Source: Malacoraja senta
Lineage: Eukaryota
NCBI GenBank assembly: GCA_038087875.1
Contig: CM075997.1
Coordinates: forward strand, 5,024,001 to 5,088,000
DNA: 64,000 nucleotides
Direction of reading: 5' to 3'
Numbering within the stretch: position 1 is the first letter of the stretch; each line of letters opens with the position of its first letter. The notes under the pieces are model-generated. The model had not been told where the DNA came from. It saw only the letters and a list, made by a program, of their open reading frames with translations, and searched no databases. The position numbers and the translations under genes are program-made. This document shows positions 13,630 to 26,474 of the stretch, piece by piece.

Positions 13630-14570
13630 AATAGACAATAGACAATAGACAATAGGTGCAGGAGAAGGCCATTCGGCCCTTCGAGCCAGCACCGCCATTC
13701 AATGTGATCATGGCTGATCATCCCCAATCAGTACCCCGTTCCTGCCTTCTCCCCATATCCCCTGACTCCGCTATTTTTAAGAGCCATATCTAGCTCTCTC
13801 TTGAAAGCATCCAGAGAACCTGCCTCCACCGCTGAGGCAGACAATTCCACAGACTCACAACTCTCTGTGAGAAAAAGTGTTTCCTCGTCTTCGTTCTAAA
13901 TGGCTTACCCCTTATTCTTAAACTGTGGCCCCTGGTTCTGGACTCCCCCAACATCGGGAACATGTTTCCTGCCTCTAGCGTGTCCAAACCCTTAACAATC
14001 TTATATGTTTCAATGAGATGCCCTCTCATCCTTCTAACCTCCAGAGTGTACAAGCCCAGCTGCTCCATTCTCTCAGCATATGACAGTCCCACCATCCCGG
14101 GAATTAACCTTGTAAACCTACGCTGCACTCCCTCAATAGCAAGAATGTCCTTCCTCAAATTACGGGACCAAAACTGCACACAATACTCCAGGTATGGTCT
14201 CACTAGGGCTCTGTACAACTGCAGAAGGACCTCTTTGCTCCTATATTTGATTCCTCTTGTTATAAAGGCCAACATGCCATTCGCTTTCTTCACTGCCTGC
14301 TGTACCTGCATGCTTACTTTCATTGACTGGTGAACAAGGACCCCCAGATCCCGTTGTACTTCCCCTTTTCCCAACTTGACCGCATTGAGATAGTAATCTG
14401 CCTTCCTGTTTTTGCTACCAAAGTGGATAACCTCACATTTATCTGCATTAAACTGCATCTGTCATGCATCTGCCCACTCCCCCAACCTGTCCAAATCACC
14501 ATGCATTCTCATAGCATCCTCCTCACAGTTCATACTGCCACCCAGCTTTGTGTCATCTGCAAATTTGCTA
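13630..14570 (-). mobile_element. CR1 LINE 3' fragment
   Basis: ORF 13790-14458 ([22 protein letters not shown]), CR1 3' UTR and (TCTATTG)n tail. Confidence 0.92.
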
Positions 14571-15179
14571 ATGGAGGAATGGGACTACAGCCTAGGTATG
14601 GAAGAATGCACGGTGCTGGCTGCATGGCTGCCTGCACTACAGGAAGACCTTCAACTCTGCATGCATGCCCTATATGTCCAGGTCCATTGTTAATGCTTGT
14701 ATTACAAGACTGTAAAAAAAGGACAGAAAGTTCTGGAGTAACTCAGCAGGTCAGGCAGCATCTCTGGAGAACAGGGATGGGTGACATTTTGGCTCATGAC
14801 CCGAGAGTCAGGGGTCATGGGAAGAAGCCAGGAGAATGGGGTTGAGAGGGAAAGATAGATCAGCCGTGATTGAAACGTTACCTATTTCCTTCGCTCCATA
14901 GATGCTGCTGCACCCGCTGAGTTTCTCCAGCATTTTTGTGTACCGGCAGAATAGACTTGATGGGCCGAATGGCCTAATTCTGCTCCTATCACATGAACTT
15001 ATGCCACTTCTTCAGAGGGTGCTTACAATACTGAACGTATTTATATAACACACCCACCACCCTCTGAGTGGGGAAAGTTGCCTCTCAGGTTCCTATTAAA
15101 TCTTTCCCCACTCACTTTAAACCTTTGGCCTCCTTTGCTGACTTGGATCACTTCCTGTTGGCTCCGTGACTGAATGTTA

Positions 15180-15215
15180 GTCAAGTCAAGTCAAGTCAAG
15201 TCAAGTCAAGTCAAG
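15180..15215. repeat. (TCAAG)n pentamer, probably the 3' tail of a - strand LINE/SINE
   Basis: About 7 units followed by tttattgtc. Confidence 0.8.
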
Positions 15216-17724
15216 TGAGTTTATTGTCATGTGTCTCTGATTAGACAATGAAATCCTTGAAAACAATTCCCACATGAGGTGAGAGGTGGGTGGGTGGGGA
15301 GAGAGGGGGGAGGGGAGAATTCTCTCTCAGACCCCCTAATGAACCTATACCTCCCCCCCCCCCTCAACCCCTCCACCCCCTCCATCCCATCACCGTCTAT
15401 ATCTGTAGAAGAGATGTATCAGCAGAGCCATCTCCATCATCAAAGACCCCTACCACCCATCGCACCACATATTCTCCATCCTGCCATCTGGGAAGAGGTA
15501 CAGGAGCATTAGGTGCAAAACCAGCAGGATGCTCCTCAGCTTCTTCCTGCAGGTTATAAGACTGATAAACGGACTTTGTCCCCTGCCAAAGTATCGTGCA
15601 CCAACCACCAACCTGGACACACTGCAGCAGAGCCACTGTCGTGCCGCTGCCTGTTGATGTTTAGTAGAGTAGAGTGTTCATTTGTTCATGATATATGTAT
15701 TTTTACTTCTATTTATTTTTTACTGCGCACTGAAATGGACACTGGTTGAGGAACGTTTTTTTGTTTCCTCTGGGTATGCGAATACTCAGGAAATGACAAT
15801 AAAGATATACAACAATCTCTCGTGTCCCTTATCCCTAACCAGTCTGAAGATGGGTCTCGACACAAAATGTCACCCATTCCTTCTCTCCAGAGATGCTGCC
15901 CGTCCCGCTGAGTTACTCCAGCTTTTTGTGTCTACCTTCAGTATAAACCAGCATCTGCAGTTCCTTCTTACACCTCCTTTGCCATTGTCTCCCAGCCGAG
16001 CCCCTCCGGTTTCTTCCCACATCCCAAAGACGTGCGGGTTTGGTGGTTAATTGGTCTCTGTAAATTGCCCCGAGTGTGTGGGGAATGGATGGGAAAGTGG
16101 GATAACATGGAACCAGTGTGTGAATGGGTGATCGATGGTCGGCATGGACTCGTTGGAATGAAGGGTGGGGAATCTGTGGAAGTCATTGCCACAGAAGGCT
16201 ATGGAGGATATGGATAAGTCAATGGATATTTTTGAGGCAGAGATAGATAGATTCTTGATTAGTATGGGTGTCAAAGGTAATGGCGAGAAGGCAGAATGGG
16301 GTTAGATTGATCAGCCAGGATTGAATGGCGGAGTTGACGTGATGGGCCGAATGGCCTAATTCTGCTCCCATCACATGAACTTTCCACGCTGTGTCTCTAA
16401 ACCGAACCCTTTTAAAACATAAACGTAATCAGTTGCTGCAAGCAAACAAACTCATTGGAGGATAACCTTGGGAATGTATTAAAATGTTTCATATTTTGGC
16501 TAAAGTAGAACTCATTATCAGTTAAGGAACGATTCTCGAGGCTGTTGTTCCTTGTAAAAGAACAGAAGTGTTTTTAACCTCAGCAGTAGTTCCTTCTCCT
16601 CGGTGACCTTTGTGACCTCCTGACACCTCACGCTGCCTCGGCAAGGCCAGCAGCATAATCAAGGACGAGTCGCACCCCGGCCACTCCCTCTTCTCCCCTC
16701 TCCCATCGGGCAAAAGTGTGAAAACGCACACCTCCAGATTCAGGGACAGTTTCTTCCCAGCTGTTATCAGGCAACTGAACCATCCTACCACAACCAGAGA
16801 GCGGTGCTGAACTACTATCTACCTCATTGGTGACCCTCGGACTATCCTTGATCGGACTTTGCTGGCTTTACCTTGCTCTAAACGTCATTCTCTTTATCAT
16901 GTATCTGTACACTGTGGACGGCTCGATTGTAATCATGTATTGTCTTTCCGCTGGCTGGTTAGCACGCAACAAAAGCTTTTCACTGGATCTCGGTACACGT
17001 GACAATAAACTAAACTGAACTGAACTCCTCTCCACGCCCTTCTGTTCTGCTTGCCCACTTGTTTCCCTCCTCGATGCGCCAACCTTTCATTGAAAGACCC
17101 CCCCCTAGAGAAGGCCATTCTTCCCCTCATCTCTCCTTTCCTCCTTGTTCCTTGACATAAGAACATTGAACACAAGCAGAGGCCCTTCGGCCTACAATGT
17201 CGATGCTGAACTTGATGCCAAGACCATCACATATCTACCTGCACATAACGCATATCCCTCCATTCCCTGCATATACACGTGCTTATCCAAAAGTCTTTTA
17301 AACGCCACTATCGTATCTGCCTCCACCACCACACCTGGCAGCGCGTTCCAGGCACCCACCACCCTCTGTGTAAAAGAAACTTCCCCGCAAACTTTGCCCC
17401 TCTTAAACTTTGCCCCTCTCACATTAAATCTACGCCCTCTAGTAGATCCTGGGACAAGGACTCTGACTGCATACTCTAACTGTGCCAATACTCAAGTTTG
17501 ATATTTGGACAGGAATATTTGAGCGGCACGGTGGCGCAGCGGTAGAGTTGCTGCCTCACAGCGCCCGAGACCTGGGTTCAATCCTGACTACAGGTGCTGT
17601 CTGTACGGAGTTTGTACGTTCTCCCCGTGCCCTGCGTGGGTTTCCTCCGGGTGCTTTAGTTTCCTCCCACACTCCAAAGACGTACAGGTTGTAGGCTAAT
17701 TGGCTTCAGTATACATGTAAATTG

Positions 17725-17789
<65 letters not shown>

Positions 17790-18435
17790 GGTGTGTGTGT
17801 GTGTTGTGTGAGACGTGCGTGCGTGTGCGTGTGTGTGTGTTGTGATCTCTGGTTGGCGCGGACTCGGTGGGCCGAAGGGCCTGTTTCTGCGCTGTATCTC
17901 CAAAGTTTATAGTCTAGAAAGAATGGAATTGGACAAGGGGGGGGGGGGGGGGGGGGCAGGTTGGTAAAAGGAGGTGGCGTCAGATCAGGGGCTGGTAGAC
18001 AGATGGAGTCCCAATGCCTTCCCCAAGATAGGTCCAAGTGATGGGTTCTCCCCACAGCGGCACTGAGGTCAACTCTCTGGAGACTCCATATCTCAGGACA
18101 TGCTGGGGGATAAATCCAGCATCTGGTGTTTGCCCCTCAGCCTGGCTCTCGGGTATCTCGTAGGGGGTCATGTCTCCCTTTGCTTAAGAGCAGGTCAGTC
18201 GATGCCCAGTGCTGGTCCCGGGTTAGTGGCACATAGACACGAGGATGGAGAAGGGTGCGGTGGCCACAGGGGGTTACAGGGACCAGGAGGGGTGTAGGGG
18301 CCGGAGGAGCTACAGAGACCGGGAGAGGTGCAGACGCAGAGGGGTTACAGAGTAAAGGAGTGGTTTGCAAATGGACATTTGGAAATGTGAATGCTTGAGT
18401 GGTGTGTCAGTAGAGAGGGGTGCTCGGTACAGGAA

Positions 18436-18585
18436 TGGGAGAGGGGAGTGTGGGGAGAGGGGGGAGTGGGGAGGGTGGAGAGGGGGGTGGGGAGAGGGGG
18501 GTGGGAGAGTGGGGAGAGTGGGAGTGGGGGAAGGGGAGAGTGGGGAGAGGAGTGGAGAGTGGGGGCAGAGAATGGGGATGAGTGG
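18436..18585. repeat. G-rich purine tract (GGGGAGAG-like), G-quadruplex-prone
   Basis: Many G3-G7 runs with short loops. Confidence 0.8.
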
Positions 18586-20416
18586 GACGTGTACGTGGTG
18601 AATCTCCAGAGCTGGTGACAGGGGCTAATGTACTCTTGTAACTGCTGAGCACTGAACTAGGGCAGAGATGGAGACACAGACTGAACCTCTGTTGCAAGAA
18701 GCCACGTTATTCAGAATGTAAACTGGTGGAAGGTGCTAACCTTGAGTATTTCAGTTTAGTTTAGTCTAGTTTAGAGATACAGCGCGGAAACAGGCCCTTC
18801 GGCCCACTGAGTCCGTGCTGACCAGCGATCCCCGCACACTAACACTATCCTACACACACTGGGGACAATGTACATTTACACCAAGCCAATTAACCTACAA
18901 ACCTGCACGTCTTTGGAGTGTGGGAGGAAACCGAAGATCCCGGAGAAAACCCACACAGGTCACGGGGAGAACGTACAAACTCCGTACAGACAGCACCCGT
19001 AGTCGGGATCGAACCCTTTTCTCTGGCGCTGTGAGGCAGTAACTAAGAGTGAAACTTGTCAATGGGGGAACGTGGCAATGGGATTGTGTTGGAGATAGGC
19101 TGATTGATCGAGGTCAGTGGGTGGAATTTTGGTGGGAATGGGCTGGGGAGGTGGAGACTGACTGACTGACCGACCGACCGACCCCACAATGAAATTCTTT
19201 GTTTTTGCGTACCGTCTACAAGGTATGCTAATTGTCGCTATATAAAGGGCCACAACAAAGTTACAAACGGTTCATTGTAATCCCCATTGGTCCCTCTATG
19301 TTCTGGGTAGCTCCCCCATGCCGGGCCCCCCTTTATTCTCTCGGCGCGTGTCCTCTTCCGACCTCCATCACCCACACATTGATTGAAAGATACAGCACGG
19401 AAACAGGCCCCTTGGCCCAACGAGTGCACGCAGCCCAGCCATCACCCGTTCACATTAGTTCCGTCTTTGGGATGTGGGAGGAAACCGGAGCACCCGGAGG
19501 AAACCCACGCGGTCCCGGGGAGAACGTGCAAACTCCGTACACACAGCACCCGCGGTCAGGATCGAGCCCGGGTCTCTGGCGCTGTGAGGCAGCAGCTCTA
19601 CCCCTGCAGAGGTGGCCACACTGGGCTATCTCTGGGGAAGGTTGAGCAGACTTGGACTCTATTCCTTGGAGCGCAGGAGGATGAGGGGAGATCTTATAGA
19701 AGTGTATAAAATCACGAGAGGAATAGATCGGGTAGACGCACAGAGTCTCTTGCCCAGAGTAGGGGAATCGAGGACCAGAGGACATGGGTTTAAGGTGAAG
19801 GGGGAAAGATTTATTAGGAATCGGAGGGGTAACTGTTTTCACACAAAGGGTGGTGGGTGTATGGAACAAGCTGCCAGAGGAGGTAGTTGAGGCTGGGACT
19901 ATCCCATCGTTTAAGAAGCAGTTAGACGGGTACATGCATATGACAGGTTTGGAAGGATATGGACCAAACGCGGGCAGGTGGGACTAGTGTAGCTGGGACA
20001 TGTTGGCCAGTGTGGGCGAGTTAGGCCGAAGGGCCTGTTCCATAGAAACATAGACATAGAAAATAGGTGCAGGAGTAGGCCATTCGGCCCTTCGAGCCTG
20101 CACCGCCATTCAATATGGTCATGGCTGATCATCCAACTCAGTATCCTGTACCTGCCTTCTCTCCATACCCCCTGATCCCTTTAGCCACAAGGGCCACATC
20201 TAACTCCCTCTTAAATATAGCCAATGAACTGGCCTCAACTACTTTCTATGGCAGAGAATTCCACAGATTCACCACTCTCTGTGTGAAAAATGTTTTTCTC
20301 ATCTCGGTCCTAAAATACTTCCCCCTTATCCTTAAACTGTGACCCCTTGTTCTGGACTTTCCCAACATCGGGAACAATCTTCCTGCATCTAGCCTGTCTC
20401 ACATGCTGTATCACCC

Positions 20417-21606
20417 TGTGTCTCCGTGTCTCTGTGTCTCTGTGTCTCTGTGACTCTGTGTCTTTGTGTCTCTGTGTCTCTGTGTCTCTGTGACTCTGTG
20501 TCTCTGTGTCTCTGTGACTCTGTGACTGTGTCTCTGTGTCTCTGTGTCTCTGTGTCTCTGTGACTGTGTCTCTGTGTCTCTGTGTCTCTGTGTCTCTGTG
20601 TCTCTGTGTCTCTGTGTCTCTGTGACTGTGTCTCTGCGTCTCTGTGTCTCTGTGTCTCTGTGTCTCTGTGTCTCTGTGTCTCTGTGTCTCTGTGTCTCTG
20701 TGTCTCTGTATCTCTGTATCTCTGTGTGTCTGTGACTCTGTGACTGTGTCTCTGTGTCTCTGTGTCTCTGTGTCTCTGTGTCTCTGTGTCTCTGTATCTC
20801 TGTATCTCTGTGTGTCTGTGACTCTGTGACTGTGTCTCTGTGTCTCTGTGTCTCTGTGTCTCTGTGTCTCTGTGTGACTGTGACTCTGTGTCTCTGTGAC
20901 TCTGTGACTCTGTGACTCTGTGTCTCTGTGTCTCTGTGTCTCTGTGACTCTGTGACTGTGTCTCTGTGTCTCTGTGTCTCTGTGTCTCTGTGTCTCTGTG
21001 ACTGTGTCTCTGTGTCTCTGTGACTCTGTGTCTCTGTGACTGTGTCTCTGTGTCTCTGTGTCTCTGTGTCTCTGTGTCTCTGTGTCTCTGTGTCTCTGTG
21101 TCTCTGTGACTGTGTCTCTGCGTCTCTGTGTCTCTGTGTCTCTGTGTCTCTGTGTCTCTGTGTCTCTGTGTCTCTGTGTCTCTGTGTCTCTGTGTCTCTG
21201 TGACTGTGTCTCTGCGTCTCTGCGTCTCTGTGTCTCTGTGTCTCTGTGTCTCTGTGTCTCTGTGTCTCTGTGTCTCTGTGTCTCTGTGTCTCTGTGTCTC
21301 TGCGTCTCTGTGTCTCTGTGTCTCTGTGTCTCTGTGTCTCTGTGTCTCTGTGTCTCTGCGTCTCTGCGTCTCTGTGTCTCTGTGCCTCTGTGACTCTGTG
21401 ACTGTGACTGTGACTCTGTGTCTCTGTGTCTCTGCGTCTCTGTGTCTCTGTGTCTCTGTGTCTCTGTGCCTCTGTGACTCTGTGACTGTGACTGTGACTC
21501 TGTGTCTCTGTGTCTCTGTGTCTCTGTGTCTCTGTGTCTCTGTGTCTCTGTGACTCTGTGACTCTGTGACTCTGTGACTCAGTGACTCTGTGACTGTGAC
21601 TGTGTC
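20417..21606. repeat. (TGTGTCTC)n octamer satellite with TGTGACTC variants
   Basis: Directly visible; accounts for the [11 protein letters not shown]. Confidence 0.97.
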
Positions 21607-21629
21607 TTTATTACTCTGTGTCTCCAGAC

Positions 21630-21865
21630 TGCCCCTGTGGTCACTTCCACATTCACTTCTCGTTTGGGCTGGGTGTTTTGTGTCACCCGTGTAGTCAGGA
21701 TCCCACTTCCTGCTGGTGGAGTGGCCTTGCACCGGGGAGAGAGGGTTGGGAAAGGGAACGGGCTGGGTCTCGCAGCGTCTGTCATAGAGTGCGGACTCTG
21801 CTGAGGGACATAACACAGTGCACAGCCCACACCTACTACCCGCCGCACAGCTCCGGGAGGTGAGT
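21630..21865 (+). promoter_or_regulatory. Candidate alternative promoter and non-coding first exon of the RASGRP4-like gene
   Basis: Unique GC-rich island with RUNX TGTGGT (21636-21641) abutting ETS CACTTCC (21642-21648), a second ETS CACTTCCTG (21704-21712), and a consensus donor GAG|GTGAGT at 21859/21860. No ATG in the island. Confidence 0.4.
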
Positions 21866-22844
21866 AGCTTACACCTCAAGGTAAATTATGTTTTGTGTCG
21901 GAAGGGACTGCAGATGCTGGTTGAAGCCAAAGATAGACACAAAAAGCTGGAATAACAGGCAGCATCTCTGGGGAGATGGAATGGGTGACGTTTTGGGTCG
22001 AGACCCTTCTTCAGACGTAAATTATGTTTTATTCTTTTGCAGTAATATGAGGGATTTATTGTTAAATTTATAATCACAGTCATACAGTGTAGAAACAGGC
22101 CCTTCGGCCCATCTTATCCATGCCGACCAAAATGGCCCATCTACACGAGATTCACCTGCCTGCGTTTGGCCCATATCCCTCTAAATCTTTCCTATCCATA
22201 TTTATTGAACGTTTTAATCATTTATTGTCTTGTCTGTGAGTGCTGTGTTTACAAGCCTGTAAGAATCTCATTGTCTGAAGAAGGGTTTCAGCCTGAAACG
22301 TTGCCTATTTCCTTCGCTCCATAGAGGCTGCCTCACCCGCTGAGTTTCTCCAGCAATTTTGTCTACCTAAGAATCTCATTATCCTGTTTTCGGTTCATAT
22401 AGCAATGAAACAGTCAGGACTTGACACTTCCCTATACTCTCAGCTTAACTCGAGTGTGTACGGACAGCACTAGCTAGGTCCTTTAAGTTCATAAGTGAAA
22501 GGGGCAGAATTAGGCCATTCGGCCCATCACGTTTGACAGGAACGAGCTGCCAGAGGAGGTAGTTGAGGCATGGACTATTGCAATGTTTAAGATACAATTA
22601 CACCAGTACATGGATAGGACAGGTTTCGAGGGATATGGGCCAAACGCAGGTAGATGGGACATGTTGGTCAGTGTGGGTAAGTTGGGCAGAGAGGCCTGTT
22701 TCCACGCTGTATCACTAGATGACTCTCTATGACTGGCTGACTATTCAGGAGTTTGTAGTCTGTCCTGTACACTGGGACTAAATTCCAGCACTTTATTAAT
22801 TTCTGAAGTAATCTTGTGCTGTGAGAAAGAAGGCAGTTTAGTCA

Positions 22845-23024
22845 AAATGTGCAGGAAGAAATTGTAGATGCTGGTTTACACCGAAGATAGACACAAAAAG
22901 CTGGAGTAACCCAGCGGGACTGAAGAAGACTGAAGAAGGGTCTCAACCCGAAACGTCACCCATTCCTTCTCTCCAGAGATGCTGCCTGTCTCGCTGAGTT
23001 ACTCCAGCATTTTGTGTTTATTAT
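22845..23024. mobile_element. Penelope-related hairpin mini-element with hammerhead-like core; siblings at 3409-3572, 21895-22016, 22273-22367, 23186-23361 and many degraded copies
   Basis: Inverted arms (agatagacacaaaa.gctggagtaactcagcggg / cccgctgagttactccagc.ttttgtgtctatct), core CTGAAGA-AGGGT-CTCA-ACCC-GAAACGTC at 22930-22957, 14-bp TSD AGGCAGTTTAGTCA. Confidence 0.7.
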
Positions 23025-25306
23025 AGGCAGTTTAGTCAGTCCGGAGTTACTCTGGAGTTACAGGGCCCTAGTGAGACCACAGCTGAAGTACTGTGTGCAG
23101 TTTTGGTCTACACAGAGAGCACAGAACAGGACAGGACCAGGCCCTTGGGCCTACAATATTCTCACCAAACATAATGCCAAGATAAGTGTGTAAGAAAGAA
23201 CTGCAGATGCTTGTCTAAACTGAAGATAGACTCAAAAAGCTGGAGTCACTCAGCGGGTCAGACAGACTGAAGAAGGGTCTCAACCCAAAACGTCACCTAT
23301 TCCATCTCTCCAGAGATGCTGCCTGTCCCGCTGAGTTATTCCAGCTTTTTGTGTCTATCTTCATAATGTCAAGATAAACGCATCTCCCCTGCCGGCACGT
23401 GATCCACATCCCTCCGTTCCCTGCATCTCCATGTTTAGTTTGGTTTAGTTTAGAGATGCAGCGCGCAAACAGGCCCTTCGGCCCACCCAGTCCGCGCCGA
23501 CCAGCGATCCCCGCACACTAACACTATCCTACACACACTCGGGACACTTTGCATTTATACCAAGCCAATTAGCCTACAAACCTGTACGTCTTTGGAGTGT
23601 GGGAGGAAACTGGAGATCTCGGAGAAAACCCACGCGGGTCACGGGGAGAACGTACAGACAAGCACCCGTAGTCAGGATCGAACCTGGGTCTCTGGCGCTG
23701 TGAGGCGGCAACTCTACCGCTGCGCCACCGTGCCACGAAAGGTGCCTATCTAAAAGCCTCAAATGCTCCTATCATATCTGCCTCCACCACCATCCCTGGC
23801 TGGACACACCAGACCCCACCACCCTCTGTGTAAATCTCTGTCCACACATCTCTTTAATCTTTGCCCCTCTCACCTTAAAGCTGTGCCCTCTGGTCTTTGA
23901 CATTTCTTAATAATCTCCAGATCTGAGCAAAGATGTGCTGGCTCTGGTTGGCTCTACCCGATCTATTCCTCTCGTGATTTTATACACCTCTATAAGATCA
24001 CTGCTCATCCTCCTGCGCTCCAAGGAATAAGATTGTTAACGGCTTGGACACGCTAGAGGCAGGAAACATGTTCCCAATGTTGGCTGAGTCCTGAACCAGG
24101 GGCCACAGTTTAAGAATAAGGGGTAAGCCATTTAGGACGGAGACGAGGAAACACTTTTTCTCACAGAGAGTGGTGAGTCTGTGGAATTCTCTGCCTCAGG
24201 GGGCGGTGGAGGCAGGTTCTCTGGATGCTTTCAAGAGAGAGCTAGATAGGGCTCTTAAAAATAGCGGAGTCAGGGGATATGGGGAGAAGGCAGGAACGGG
24301 GTACTGATTGGGGATGATCAGCCATGATCACATTGAATGGCGGTGCTGGCTCGAAGGGCCAAATGGCCTACTCCTGCACCTATTGTCTATTGTCTATTGT
24401 CTATTGAATAGAGTCCCAGCCTGCTCAACCTCTCCCTGTAGCTCCGGCCCTCTAGTCCTGGCAACATCCTCGGGCTTTGAGACCAGTGAGTTAAATCAGA
24501 GAGGTATCGTCTCCAAGCAGGAGAGAGGCGGAGAGCTACATAGAGGGATCTGGGCACCGTATCTGAGGAAGGATGTGCTGGCTCTGGAGAGGGTCCAGAG
24601 GAGGTTTAAGAGAATGATTCCAGGAATGAGTGGGTTAACATATGATGAGCGTTTAGAAGGATGAGAGGAAGGACCTCATTGAAATGGACCAAATAGTGCA
24701 AGGCCTGGATAGAGTGATTGTGGAGAGGATGTTTCCAATAGTGGGAGAGTCTAAGACCAGAGGGCACAGCCTCAGAATTAAAGGACGTACCTTTAGGAAG
24801 GAGATGTGGAGGAATATCTTTTGTCCGAGGGTGGTGAATCTGTGGAATTCATTGCCACTGACGGCTGTGGAGGCCAAGTCAGTGGATATTTTTAAGATGG
24901 AGATTGATCAGTACAGGTGTCAGGGGTTATGGGGAGAAGGCAGGAGAATGGGGTTGAGAGGGAAAGGTAGATTGGCCATGATTGAATGGCGGAGTAGACA
25001 TGATGGGCCGAATGGCCTCATTCTGCTCCTCGAACCTATGAACATGAACATGATCTCCAAAACTCCGGATACAGGCGTGGTCGGGATGAAGCAAGTCTGG
25101 GATATCCGGGAACGAGAGGTTCTCGGAGATCCCAGGGAGCTGTAGGGCCGGAAGACGGATTTGAAAAAGAGCGTTTGAATTAGCTACAAAGAGTTGGGGA
25201 AGTGAGAATTTCACTTCTGCTGCCTGAGATTGCTGGCTGCCTTTAATATGTCCTTAGCCCTTCACACACACACACACACACACACACAACGGGCCGATCG
25301 GGTTAA

Positions 25307-25614
25307 GGGCCCTGTCCCACTGTACGAGTTTAACCCAGAGCTCTCCCGAGTAAAAAAAATAAATCAAACTCGTGGTAAGCACGGAGAATGTACGTAGCGG
25401 GTACGCCGGAGCTCGGGACGTCTCTTAGCGGCTCGTAACGCTAACGGCAGGTACTCGGGAAACGCGGTAAGCTCGGGAAGATTTTTCAACATGTCGAAAA
25501 ATGTCCACAAGAGCCCCGAGTACCTACGAGCGGCCATTATGGTAATTCTCTGAGTTCGAATCAGGGCAAACTCGGGAGAACTCTTGAAATAGCTCGTACA
25601 GTGGGACAGCCCCA
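25307..25614. mobile_element. PIF/Harbinger-like MITE, family A, opposite orientation
   Basis: Same TIRs and internal sequence; TAA at 25304-25306 and TTA at 25615-25617. Confidence 0.8.
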
Positions 25615-26474
25615 TTAGTGTCTGCCAGGCACAGAGGGCACAAGGAACTGCAGATGCTGCTTTGCAAAAGAAGACACAAAGTGCTGGAGTAACTCAGCAG
25701 GTTAGGCAGCATCTCTGGAGAACATGGATAGGTGATGTTTCAGGGCTGACTCAGAGGGAGCGATGGGTGGATACAAGTGAGGGGGGGTTGACAGGCAGAT
25801 GGTTGGACAAAGACCAGGGAAGAAAAGGTACAGTGAGATAAGGAGAGAATAGATGACATGTCCCAACCAGTGTGAAGAAGTGGTCCTGACTCTAAACGTC
25901 ACCTATCTATGTTCTCCAGAGATGCTGCCTGACCCGCTGAGTTACTGCAGCACTTTGAGGGTGGCACAGCGGTAAGGTTGCTGCCCTCAAGCACCAGATA
26001 CATTGCGGAAACAGACCATTCGGCCCACCGAGCCGGCGCCAACCAGCGATCCCCCACGCACTAGCTCTCACACGCCCACTGGGGACAATTTAACGAAGCC
26101 AATTCACCTACAAACCTGGAGTGTGGGATGAAACCGAAGATCTCGGAGCAAACCCACGCAGGTCACGTGGAGAACGTACAAACTCCGTACAGACAGCACC
26201 CGTAGTCGGGATCGAACCCGGGTCTCTGGCGCTGCCAGCGCTGTGAGGCAGCAACTTAACATTACGTCTGTGTGCTGGGCCCAGGTCACCTGGCAACGTG
26301 AATACCTGGGAATGAGGCTGCGTACCTGTCCAGGTGTCTTTAAGATGCTGTTATTGGACCTGCCTCAACTACCTCCTCTGGCAGCTCGTTCCACATACCC
26401 TCCGAGTGAAAGAAATAGAAAGGCAAAGGCTTAATGTACGAGGGGGATGATTTAAGAGGGACCTCAGGGGCAAG

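Noticed and set aside
17990..18380. Unique GC-rich stretch with short ORFs on both strands
   Set aside because: No recognisable domain or convincing splice-site pair. A blastx search would be needed.
21628..21859. Internal coding cassette exon using the tctccAG acceptor at 21627
   Set aside because: Its open frame would start in phase 1, incompatible with the phase-2 end of candidate exon 1.
20389..21879. 496-aa RHRDTETQ repeat protein
   Set aside because: Translation of the octamer satellite.
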